A DNA stretch of 64,000 nt, taken from positions 4,703-68,702 of the forward strand of contig JAEELT010000106.1 in NCBI GenBank assembly GCA_016282855.1, in the 5' to 3' direction. The position numbers and the translations under genes are program-made. The stretch is from Clostridiaceae bacterium. Its GTDB lineage: Bacteria > Bacillota > Clostridia > Oscillospirales > Acutalibacteraceae. Position 1 is the first letter of the stretch. Every line of letters starts with the position of its first letter. Below the pieces are notes generated by a model, which worked only from the letters and a program-made list of their open reading frames with translations, made no database searches and was not told the DNA's origin. Positions 1 to 9,165 of this stretch are shown here, piece after piece.

Positions 1-547
1 CCTGGGTGCACATCTGCAGCTTCTGCATCGCGCTCACACCGTCACTGGGATAAAAAACAAGAATTCTTGTGTTTTCAACGTCTTTGAAGCCCTCGAGCGC
101 CGCCTTGCCGGTGTCACCGGAGGTGGCAACAAGAATAACGGTCTCAATGCCCTGAGCCACCTTGCTGTTGGCAACGGTGAGCAGGCGGGGCAGAATCTGC
201 AGCGCCATATCCTTGAACGCGCAGGTGGGGCCCTTGAACAGCTCGAGAATATATATGTTGTCTCTCAGCCTGACGACCGGAGCGATTCTCTCATCGGAAA
301 AGCCCGTTTCATAGGCGCCTTTTACGCAGGCGTCAAGCTCTTCGCCGGTAAAGTCGGTAAGGAATCTGCCGAGTATGTTTTTTGCTCTTTCCATATAACC
401 CGCCTGAGCGAGAGAGGCAATTTCGTCAAGCGAAACCGAAGGTATGCTCTCCGGCACAAAAAGGCCGCCGTCGGCGGAAATTCCCTCGGAAATCGCTTTA
501 GCCGAGCTCACTTTTACGGAAGGGTCTCTGGTGCTTATGTAATTCAT
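1..547 (-). CDS. thrC: Threonine synthase (5' part; runs off the window edge)
   Basis: Manual translation of the minus strand from the ATG at 547 gives MNYISTRD...EGISADGGLFVPE, LELFKGPTCAFKDMAL (PLP lysine motif) and ATSGDTGKAA. GGAGG RBS upstream. Confidence 0.93.
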   Translation of the reverse strand, partial: MNYISTRDPSVKVSSAKAISEGISADGGLFVPESIPSVSLDEIASLAQAGYMERAKNILGRFLTDFTGEELDACVKGAYETGFSDERIAPVVRLRDNIYILELFKGPTCAFKDMALQILPRLLTVANSKVAQGIETVILVATSGDTGKAALEGFKDVENTRILVFYPSDGVSAMQKLQMCTQ

Positions 548-640
548 ATAGTAGCCCTCCTGACAGGGATAAATCGATAAATCGGTTTATTTTATCATAT
601 AACTCTTTATTTGTAAAGAAAAATCCTGACAAAAAACTCC

Positions 641-669
641 TTGTAAACGAGCCCGGATTGTATTATTAT
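641..669 (+). promoter_or_regulatory. Putative sigma-A promoter of alpha-galactosidase
   Basis: TTGTAA-17 nt-TATTAT. Confidence 0.45.
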
Positions 670-812
670 AACCATAAGGCAGATATATCCGCGCCGGGGG
701 CGGCTTGATTTACGCCGCGGCACCCGGAAAACGGGGGAGCGCGGATCAGAGCCCGGACAGCCGCGAGGCTTTTCCTGCCGGGCAATACAGCCGAAAACAC
801 GGAGGAAATGAT

Positions 813-2990
813 ATGCCTGTTATTTTTGATGAAGAACGTAAAATATTCAAGCTTGACTCAGCCGGCTCGAGCTACATTTTTGAGGTTTACGAGCAGGGCT
901 ACCTTGTGCATCTCTATTACGGCGCGAAAATCCCCGACACCAATGTCGGAGGCTTTATTGACAAAGGCTTCTTCGCATCCGAATGTCCCATGAACATCAA
1001 TATTGACAATCCCCGCTTTTCACCGGACGTATCTCCGCTTGAGTTTTCCGGAGAAGGCTCGGGCGACCTCAGGTCATCAACAATCGCCGTCAGGAATCAG
1101 GACGGCAACAATGTGACGGATATGCGCTATGTTTCTCATAAGATTTATCCCGGCAAGCCCGCCCTTGAGGGCCTTCCGGCGCTTTACGTGAACGATGATT
1201 CCGAAGCGACCACCCTTGAGGTGCTCGTCAGAGACAGCGTTACCGGGGTGGAGGCGATACTGTATTACACAGTATTTGAGCGTTTCAGCGCGATGACCAG
1301 AAGCGTGAAGGTAATCAACCCCACGGGCAGCGAGGTTTATCTTGAGCGCGTTATGAGCAGCTGTGTTGACTGGGATACACACGACTTCGATATGATTACC
1401 CTTTACGGAAAGTGGCTCAAGGAAAGAAGCCTCGAAAGAGCCCCGCTCACTCATATAAAACAGGGAATAGCCAGCAAAAGAGGCTCCTCAAGCCACCATC
1501 ATAACCCCTTTGCGGCAATAGTTGACCATGACTGCAATGAGGATTACGGCTCCGCCTACGGCTTCAATTTTGTTTACAGCGGCAATTTCATTTTTGAGGC
1601 TGAAATCGACCCGTTCGCAGGCACGCGCACCGTGATGGGCATAAATCCCGAAGGCTTTGAGTGGACTCTGGGCAGCGGAGAGTCCTTCACCGCGCCTGAG
1701 GTTGTAATGGTCTATTCCGGCAGAGGTCTCGGAGAGATGAGCCGCACATTCCACCGCCTGTATATGACTCACCTCGTAAGGGGCAAGTGGGCTCACGCCG
1801 TGCGCCCGCTGCTCATAAATAACTGGGAAGCCACGGGCATGGACTTCACCGGCGATAAGCTTGTTACCTTCGCGGAAAGGGCCAAGGAGCTCGGCATAGA
1901 TATGCTTGTTATGGATGACGGCTGGTTCGGCAGAAGAGATGACGATACAAGCTCGCTGGGCGACTGGTTTGTGAATGAAGAGAAGCTCGGCGGTCCGCTG
2001 AGCGGGTTCATTGACAGAATCAAGGCATTCGGTCTGAAATTCGGCATCTGGTTTGAGCCTGAAATGGTTTCGCGCGACAGTGACCTCTACAGAGCTCATC
2101 CGGACTGGTGCATTCACGTGCCCCGAAGGGAAAAGAGCATTTCAAGAAGCCAGTATGTGCTCGATTTCAGCCGTGAAGAGGTAAGGGATTATATTTACTC
2201 GCTTATGCACGGAATTCTTTCCGAAAACCATATAGATTATGTGAAATGGGATTTCAACCGCTATCTTTCGGAGGTTGGCTCGGCGGGTCTGCCCGCCTCA
2301 AGGCAAAAGGAAACATTCCACCGCTATGTGCTGGGCACCTATGATATTCTCAACCGCCTCACGAGCGATTTTCCCGACCTGCTGCTTGAAGGCTGTGCGA
2401 GCGGCGGCGGCAGATTTGACCCCGGCATGCTGTACTATTCACCGCAGATCTGGTGCAGCGACAACACGGACCCGATAGAACGTCTCAGCATCCAGTTCGG
2501 CACCTCGATGTGCTATCCTGCCTCGTCAATGGGCGCTCACGTTTCGGCAAGCAGGCGCGCAGGCTATGAAACAAAAGGCAATATAGCTCTCTGGGGCACC
2601 TTCGGCTATGAGCTTGACCCCAACACCTTCACGGAGGATGACAAGGAGATAATCAGGGCTCAGGTCAACGAATATCACAAATATTATGATGTGATTCATG
2701 AGGGCGATCTTTACCGCCTCATCACTCCCGACAAAAACGATTTCAGGGCAGCCTGGATGTTTGTTTCCCGCGACAGGCAGGCAGCTCTGGTAACGAGCGT
2801 TGTTATGAGGACTCCCGAGGACAGATCCTTCTATCTGAAGCTCAAGGGGCTCGACCCGGACAAATATTATGTTGAGGATGAGAGCGGAGAGGTTTACTCC
2901 GGGGCTCTGCTTATGAACGCGGGGCTCTGCCTCAACAAATACGGCAATGCCGACGGTGACTCGTTTAAGCTTTATCTGCGCTCGTTGTAA
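813..2990 (+). CDS. Alpha-galactosidase, glycoside hydrolase family 36
   Basis: Motifs NNWEA, VMDDGWFG, FGIWFEPEMV, YVKWDFNR, CASGGGRFD, WCSDNTD. Start moved to ATG 813 behind GGAGG. Confidence 0.95.
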   Translation: MPVIFDEERKIFKLDSAGSSYIFEVYEQGYLVHLYYGAKIPDTNVGGFIDKGFFASECPMNINIDNPRFSPDVSPLEFSGEGSGDLRSSTIAVRNQDGNNVTDMRYVSHKIYPGKPALEGLPALYVNDDSEATTLEVLVRDSVTGVEAILYYTVFERFSAMTRSVKVINPTGSEVYLERVMSSCVDWDTHDFDMITLYGKWLKERSLERAPLTHIKQGIASKRGSSSHHHNPFAAIVDHDCNEDYGSAYGFNFVYSGNFIFEAEIDPFAGTRTVMGINPEGFEWTLGSGESFTAPEVVMVYSGRGLGEMSRTFHRLYMTHLVRGKWAHAVRPLLINNWEATGMDFTGDKLVTFAERAKELGIDMLVMDDGWFGRRDDDTSSLGDWFVNEEKLGGPLSGFIDRIKAFGLKFGIWFEPEMVSRDSDLYRAHPDWCIHVPRREKSISRSQYVLDFSREEVRDYIYSLMHGILSENHIDYVKWDFNRYLSEVGSAGLPASRQKETFHRYVLGTYDILNRLTSDFPDLLLEGCASGGGRFDPGMLYYSPQIWCSDNTDPIERLSIQFGTSMCYPASSMGAHVSASRRAGYETKGNIALWGTFGYELDPNTFTEDDKEIIRAQVNEYHKYYDVIHEGDLYRLITPDKNDFRAAWMFVSRDRQAALVTSVVMRTPEDRSFYLKLKGLDPDKYYVEDESGEVYSGALLMNAGLCLNKYGNADGDSFKLYLRSL

Positions 2991-3076
2991 AGCAAAACAA
3001 CTTGACAAATCATCAAAAAGAGCGTTTTTCAGAACTGAGTCTTATATAATACAGGCGTATTTTGAATTATGATTTT

Positions 3077-3121
3077 GCCCGTCCGTGTAAAGTTTACAAG
3101 CTTTACACAGACGGCTTTTTT
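3077..3121 (+). terminator. Rho-independent terminator
   Basis: Imperfect inverted repeat CCGTCCGTGTAAAG / CTTTACACAGACGG followed by a T run. Confidence 0.7.
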
Positions 3122-3499
3122 GTGCGACGACCTCTCTGCCCGAGCGTGGGAGCGCAGGCGTTTTCCGGCGTTTTTTCCGGCAGTTTTCCGCCTCGGGGTG
3201 GGTGCGGGGAGGACGGGCGAAAAGCAGCGCGGAGCCACACACCGGTCGCGGATGCAGGCTTCATACCGGCGAAATCGCGTAAAAACGGGCATAAAAATCG
3301 GCCGCCTGCGGTAAAAAACCACTTCTTGTGTAAATCGCCGAAATAATATGTGCAACATTTACGAAATTCTTTGTAAAGGAGTTAACTTTTACATTTTCGC
3401 TATGTGAAAAAGCGTCCCTGAACGGGCGGTAAAATCAACAAACAGCGGGCCGAAAAATTAGAAAAAATTCCAAAAATTAAGTTTTACTTATATAGTTTA

Positions 3500-3529
3500 T
3501 TGACATAGGCGCCGCTTTTTAGTTATAAT
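3500..3529 (+). promoter_or_regulatory. Consensus sigma-A promoter of the giant surface-protein cluster
   Basis: TTGACA-18 nt-TATAAT, with phased A-tracts upstream (3453-3476). Confidence 0.8.
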
Positions 3530-3781
3530 TCATATGAACATAAGCGCATCAGAGGGGGTAGTGCCCCCAAAAGCACTTTTCGCTCTCTTGCGCAATAAGG
3601 ATGCTGTCGCGGTTGACAGCGTGTCGTTTAGCCGGTTGCGCGGCGGACGGCGTTGGCGAAGGCACTATGGGAGGTCAGTCGCGGCGCGGGTTCGGTACGC
3701 AGCTAATCAGAGCGGCGGGCCGAGCATACGGTCAATCCCGGGCATCCGATGTATCTTAATCTACAGGAGGTAAAAAACAGA

Positions 3782-6700
3782 ATGAAAAAATCACTTCGCG
3801 TAATTTCTCTCATTCTCTCCGTGGTGCTTATCATGGGCTCTCTTTCCGTTATGGGTTATGCCAGAGTGGAATACAAGGGCAATGACGGCATTATCAGCAC
3901 TCTCAGATTTGATGATGTTAACTCTGCCGTATACTCCACGGAACAGTACGCCACGATGGCTCTCGACAGGCTCGATCAGTTGCTTGCAGAGATGAACACG
4001 AGTCTCTATATTTACATAGGTACTCTTAATCTTACAAGCATTGACGGCGCGCTTGCCAGCTTAAGGTCAATCTGGGGCGCCGCATCCGATATCAAAGGCA
4101 TGCTCGGTGACGCAGCTCTGCTTGATCTTACCGCTATTAACTCTACGGCAAGAGCAAACGAGGCCGACACGCAGGTCCTCTATGATGTGCTCAATCTCGT
4201 GGGCGACCTTGCTCCCATCGCGGAACTATATGTCAACGGCAGTCTCAACCTGGGCATGTTGCAGAATGTTGTTGCCAACTACATTTTCGACATCAGAGAG
4301 CTTGTTTTCGGTCTTCTCTGCGGCCTTACCGGTCTTGCGGAGGGCGAGATTCTCACCAACGGCAAAGTTGCCGACAAAGACTATGACTACTTTGATGAGA
4401 AGGCGATTCCTCAGAAGTATTCAGGCAACGGCACATCCATTGTTTTCCTTCAGGATGTTATCAATCAGCTTGTGCTCGGCGAGTGGAAGCAGCTCGATGA
4501 CCTCTTCTACAACGCAAACAACAGATCCTCATGGGTTGTGTACGATGAGTACAGATTCTATGACGGTGTCGCGGGTGTTGCCAACGGCACATACATCCCC
4601 GAGAACGCTGCTTTGGACACCACCACCTATGACTACTACGGCTGGGTACATCCCGACAAGTGGGTAACCTTCGGTCTCGGCGACGCAATCAGAGTTCCCA
4701 GCGGCACAGTTCCCGCTGCCTCTTACACCAAGGTTGACCTTTCCAAGTACACAGGCACAGGTGTCGGCTCCGATGTTTACAGCATGGTTGAAGCTCTTCT
4801 TCTCCAGGCTTACAACGGCATTGCTGTTCCCGTTCTCAACAGAATCACCGCAAGGTGGCTCAACGAGAAGGTCGGCTACACCTTTGATCCCAAGTATACC
4901 GAAGAGTATCTTAAGGATGCCGAGGGCAAAACTCTGCTTGATGATGAAGGTGAACCCGTTCCCAATCCTTATTATGACTACCTCTATATGGGCGAAGCTC
5001 CCGAGGTTCTCAAAGAGGATGAAGCGATATTCTCAATCTTCAACGTAGGCAACATCAAGGTTCCCTACGCAACCCTTGCCGGTTACGACACCTTCGTAAA
5101 CGCATTCAACCACAACGCAATCAACTTTGTTGATAAAATTATAAAGTATAAGGCTAAGTCCACATCCGGCACTACTACCACCTACACCTGGCAGTACAGC
5201 GCACAGGAAGGCGTTTACTCCGGCCCCGAGTACACTCTTGAGCTCACGGACGGCGACAACAGCTTCCTTATGGATAACGTAGTCAAGGTGCTTAAGTTCC
5301 TGCTTCAGGTTACCGGCGACGAGTTCTTCTCCAAAGACCTCATCAACAGAGGCGAGGTAAAGGCTCCCGGCGTTGTTGCAAACCTCAGCTATCAGGAAGT
5401 GCTTGCATACATCATCAGAAGCGTTCTCAACGCCAATGTTGAATGGATGTACATCCCCGAGAACAACGAAACCAAGACCATCATCGGTGCCGCTCTTGAG
5501 GCTTGCGCACAGCTCGCTTACCAGGATATCCCGCAGTTCACCTATACTCTTCCCCAGAGAGGCAATTACGGCACACTGGCCGCATACAACCAGGCGGCTG
5601 TTGAAACCGGTCTCAGAATCCTCATGGATGTTGCGGCCTACAATATCAACGCCAACATTGACGCCGAAAATGATACCCGTAATGACAACAACTACGGTAC
5701 CACCAACAACGGCACCACCAACGCCACCGGCCTTATTGCCTACCTCGGCAACAACCAGAGCAAGAACTATACTCACACCTGCATAGCTCTTGCGGCATGG
5801 GGCGTTACCACCTGGGCTTCCACTCAGGTTACCGCAAACGGTCCCTTCCAGTGCCTGCTCAACCTTGACCTCAACAGCGACAACTTCGGCGGCGCATACG
5901 GAAGCCTTACCGATACCATGGTATGGAATGACCTTGACACTATCCTCAACAGCATCATCCCCGTCAAGGGCAACACAGCATGGATCAACAACGAGATTTC
6001 CACCAAGTCACTCGTTGTTAAGGAATTAATATTTAATTACATATTATATCCCATCGCCAACGGCGACTGGACCAACGTTTATAAGATTCTTGCCAAGAAC
6101 ACCAGCTCCGACGCTGAGTTCGCAAACTCCGGCATTGAGAGAGTTATCATCAACCTTCTCAGAAGAATCTTTAACGTTCTCTTCCCGAATGTATTCACCC
6201 AGAGCGTAAACACCATCGACGGCGTTCTCAATAACGAGCTCCTCGGTAAGATGGTTTACGACCTTGTAAAGACCCTCGCGGCCGACGGCAGCATCAGCGG
6301 TAAGACCAACGGCTCGTCCATAGCCGGCAGAGGCAAGATTATTGTCGGTGTCGCTCTTCCCATCGTTGCCAAGATTCTCGGTCTTGACAGCAAGCAGGAA
6401 TTCGGCGAGATGGAGAACTACATCCCCTCCATCATCATCCCCGATGCCGATGGTAAATACGCATTCACGGTTTACAACGGCTCCACCGGTGTTAACACCA
6501 GCTACAGAGACAGCGCCGGTCACCGCCAGGTTGACAGTCTCTACACCTACAAAGTTGTAACCGCATCCGACACTGTTATAGATGACGGCAACGGAAACGC
6601 GCTCCAGCCGAAGAGTATCTCCGGCATAGCCAAAGATACGCTTATCGCTGCAGATCCCGTTAACGGAACTATAACCGGTCTTGTTGAGAATCAGGTGCAC

Positions 6701-9085
6701 GCCATCACCATCACTTATGATGTGCTTGATGAAACCGGCGCCACTCTCGGCAACACGCTTACATGCACCAGATACTGCTTCGTTGCTCCCCGTGTGGTTG
6801 TTAACAACGAAGTTCAGGATACCACCAAGGGCGACGGTGACGCTACCGCCACCGCAAACCTCGGCTCCGTTACCGTTAAATATGCGCCCAACATTTACCT
6901 CGACGCAGGCGACAGCCTCTCCGATATTGACGGCTACTCAATTGAGGTGAAGTATACAACCGGTGCTGACACCAACACCCTTGAAGTCGGCAATGTTTCG
7001 GCAACCGGCACCAACAACGCGTGGATTCAGAAATCCGGCGAAGACGGAGATATTACTGTAAGCAACGCCAAGAAGGGCGGTACTTACATTCTCTATCCTC
7101 TCGAAGCCGATTCCGATAACTACAAGAGGACCGAGTACGAATATCAGAAGGACGAGAACGACAAGTTCGTTCTTGACCAGTGGGATATGAAGATAAGGAC
7201 CAGCGTTAAAGTTGAGGAAGGCAAGACCAACATCAACGACGGCGACGTTTACACAGTAACTGTTCCCGTTAAAGTCGGCGGCAGTGTTGCGGGATCAATC
7301 GAAGTAAAGGTTCATCTTTATGATGATTACAATCTTTCCGGTCTTGTCAACACCGCGCTCAAGAAGAATTACTCAGCTGACAGTGTCACCAGCGCCGGTG
7401 CCACCGCATACAGCACTTATGATGCTGCTCTCAGAGACGCTGTTAAGTTCCTTTATCCTCCCGCCAGCCACGGCAATAACTTCGAAAACTACATCAAGAG
7501 AATTGCAAGCAGCACTCCCGAGGACAACAAGTACCGTCAGTACTACAGAGCTCTGTTCGCAGCCGATAAGGCGCTTCAGGATTATCTTGAGACTCAGGGC
7601 GCGTTAGGTCTGTGGAACAAGGTAAACCAGATTCAGCCTTATAACTACGCTGCGCGCAACACCGCAGACGCGACCTTCAGTGCAAACGGCACCAACGTTT
7701 ACTATAAGAATTATCTTGAATACAACGATACCGGCTACGGCTATATGGGCATGAGAAATTATGTTCCGCATACCTATAAGGTACTAAAGAACGCAATTTC
7801 CAACGCAAACGGTCTTATTGACAGAGAGTACAAGTGGTTCGGCTACACGCCTGATGAATTCGCAGAGCTCAAGGCAGAAGACCAGACAAAGGCAATAGAA
7901 AACTATGAGGAACAGCTTGAGAACGTTGACGTTATCAGCTCTGTTGAGTATGCATATGCCATTCATATGCTTGACCTCGCGAACAGCAGACTTCTTACTC
8001 TCTCCGGCGACACCTCCAAGCTTTCAAATGCAATCACCACCTTCGGCAACGCAAGCCAGGCAAACTACTCCGCGATTACATGGGAGCCCTATGAGGATGC
8101 TCTTGAATACGCGCAGATAGTTGTAAACGGCAGCAATGCCGAGCAGATCAATACTGCGATGAACAAGCTTATCGCAGCGTGGAAGGCTCTCGCAAGAAGC
8201 GCCGACTACACAGATCTTGATTCTGCTATCACCACAGCGATCTCCAATATCAGAAGCCTTAACCTCAACCTTGTAAACCTGAGAGGTGAAGTCAACGATG
8301 TAAACGTTGCAGCTCAGGAGACTTACACTGCGGAGAGTATGGCAACCCTCATCGACACCTACAAAGCGGCAAGAGAGATGAATACCGTTCGCGACCTCAC
8401 CGAGGCAGAGCAGTATAAGATTACAGATATGATCAACGCCCTCTCCGCTGCGTGGACCGGTCTTACCGAAGTCGGTCAAGAAGAAGAGGTTGTATTTGAG
8501 CCTATCTTTGATTTCGAAGTAGAGGGCTTCAACGGTGAGGTTTACTATCCTGTTCTCAACGCGACACTTCTCATTGACTACGGCAAGGAGTCTGTTTACG
8601 GCGTTTACTATGATGAGGAAATTGAAGAAGAGATTGAGTATGAAGCAATAATCGACGGTGTGGTTTACGGTATTCCTCCGTATGCCGATTCGGAAACGAT
8701 AGCCGAACTCTTTGCTTGTCCTGAAGGCTGCAGAATAGTTGTTGTTCCTTATAATGAGGAATCCGGCATGGCCAGCTCCGGATCAATTGTTCTTGCTCTT
8801 AACGAAGATAATGAACCTGTGGGCTGCTTTGTTGTAGCACTCAGAGGCGATCTCAATTCTGACGGCGACTTTACTATCGGTGACATAACCGATCTTACAT
8901 GGGGCCTTCAGGGTCTTGAAAATCATGTCTACGATGATCCCGATGCTCCCGAAAGTCTCCTTCTTCCCTCGGCCGATCTTAACGCTGACGGAAGTGTGGA
9001 CTTCAACGACCTTACCGTTATCAACCTTATGATACTTAACGGTATGAGCTTTGATCAAAGCAACGGTACATTGATTGAAGAATAA
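3782..9085 (+). CDS. Giant secreted protein A: large helix-rich N-terminal region, FIVAR-like modules, C-terminal dockerin
   Basis: Signal peptide MKKSLRVISLILSVVLIMGSLSVMGYA. FIVAR-like GDTSKLSNAIT and ADYTDLDSAITTA. Duplicated EF-hand GDLNSDGDFTIGD...ADLNADGSVDFND at ~8846-9040. RBS AGGAGG before ATG 3782. Confidence 0.85.
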   Translation: MKKSLRVISLILSVVLIMGSLSVMGYARVEYKGNDGIISTLRFDDVNSAVYSTEQYATMALDRLDQLLAEMNTSLYIYIGTLNLTSIDGALASLRSIWGAASDIKGMLGDAALLDLTAINSTARANEADTQVLYDVLNLVGDLAPIAELYVNGSLNLGMLQNVVANYIFDIRELVFGLLCGLTGLAEGEILTNGKVADKDYDYFDEKAIPQKYSGNGTSIVFLQDVINQLVLGEWKQLDDLFYNANNRSSWVVYDEYRFYDGVAGVANGTYIPENAALDTTTYDYYGWVHPDKWVTFGLGDAIRVPSGTVPAASYTKVDLSKYTGTGVGSDVYSMVEALLLQAYNGIAVPVLNRITARWLNEKVGYTFDPKYTEEYLKDAEGKTLLDDEGEPVPNPYYDYLYMGEAPEVLKEDEAIFSIFNVGNIKVPYATLAGYDTFVNAFNHNAINFVDKIIKYKAKSTSGTTTTYTWQYSAQEGVYSGPEYTLELTDGDNSFLMDNVVKVLKFLLQVTGDEFFSKDLINRGEVKAPGVVANLSYQEVLAYIIRSVLNANVEWMYIPENNETKTIIGAALEACAQLAYQDIPQFTYTLPQRGNYGTLAAYNQAAVETGLRILMDVAAYNINANIDAENDTRNDNNYGTTNNGTTNATGLIAYLGNNQSKNYTHTCIALAAWGVTTWASTQVTANGPFQCLLNLDLNSDNFGGAYGSLTDTMVWNDLDTILNSIIPVKGNTAWINNEISTKSLVVKELIFNYILYPIANGDWTNVYKILAKNTSSDAEFANSGIERVIINLLRRIFNVLFPNVFTQSVNTIDGVLNNELLGKMVYDLVKTLAADGSISGKTNGSSIAGRGKIIVGVALPIVAKILGLDSKQEFGEMENYIPSIIIPDADGKYAFTVYNGSTGVNTSYRDSAGHRQVDSLYTYKVVTASDTVIDDGNGNALQPKSISGIAKDTLIAADPVNGTITGLVENQVHAITITYDVLDETGATLGNTLTCTRYCFVAPRVVVNNEVQDTTKGDGDATATANLGSVTVKYAPNIYLDAGDSLSDIDGYSIEVKYTTGADTNTLEVGNVSATGTNNAWIQKSGEDGDITVSNAKKGGTYILYPLEADSDNYKRTEYEYQKDENDKFVLDQWDMKIRTSVKVEEGKTNINDGDVYTVTVPVKVGGSVAGSIEVKVHLYDDYNLSGLVNTALKKNYSADSVTSAGATAYSTYDAALRDAVKFLYPPASHGNNFENYIKRIASSTPEDNKYRQYYRALFAADKALQDYLETQGALGLWNKVNQIQPYNYAARNTADATFSANGTNVYYKNYLEYNDTGYGYMGMRNYVPHTYKVLKNAISNANGLIDREYKWFGYTPDEFAELKAEDQTKAIENYEEQLENVDVISSVEYAYAIHMLDLANSRLLTLSGDTSKLSNAITTFGNASQANYSAITWEPYEDALEYAQIVVNGSNAEQINTAMNKLIAAWKALARSADYTDLDSAITTAISNIRSLNLNLVNLRGEVNDVNVAAQETYTAESMATLIDTYKAAREMNTVRDLTEAEQYKITDMINALSAAWTGLTEVGQEEEVVFEPIFDFEVEGFNGEVYYPVLNATLLIDYGKESVYGVYYDEEIEEEIEYEAIIDGVVYGIPPYADSETIAELFACPEGCRIVVVPYNEESGMASSGSIVLALNEDNEPVGCFVVALRGDLNSDGDFTIGDITDLTWGLQGLENHVYDDPDAPESLLLPSADLNADGSVDFNDLTVINLMILNGMSFDQSNGTLIEE

Positions 9086-9114
9086 TTCCCTATCATTTTA
9101 GCTTTATTAATCAG

Positions 9115-9139
9115 TCCGGCGGGCTTCCCGCCCGCCGGA
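9115..9139 (+). promoter_or_regulatory. Intergenic GC stem-loop without U-tract
   Basis: TCCGGCGGGC-TTCCC-GCCCGCCGGA, a perfect 10-bp stem followed by purine-rich sequence. Confidence 0.6.
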
Positions 9140-9165
9140 GAAGATAACTTAAAAAGGAGGCAGAA

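Noticed and set aside
705-812. N-terminal extension of the GH36 ORF from TTG 705
   Set aside because: No RBS and no GH36-like sequence; GGAGG precedes ATG 813.
3002-3050. TTGACA at 3002 and TATAAT at 3045 as a promoter for a small RNA
   Set aside because: The 37-nt spacing is incompatible, and neither hexamer has a good partner at 16-18 nt.
3029-3358. Several 66-109 aa ORFs on both strands in the spacer
   Set aside because: No RBS, atypical composition, and they overlap a terminator hairpin.
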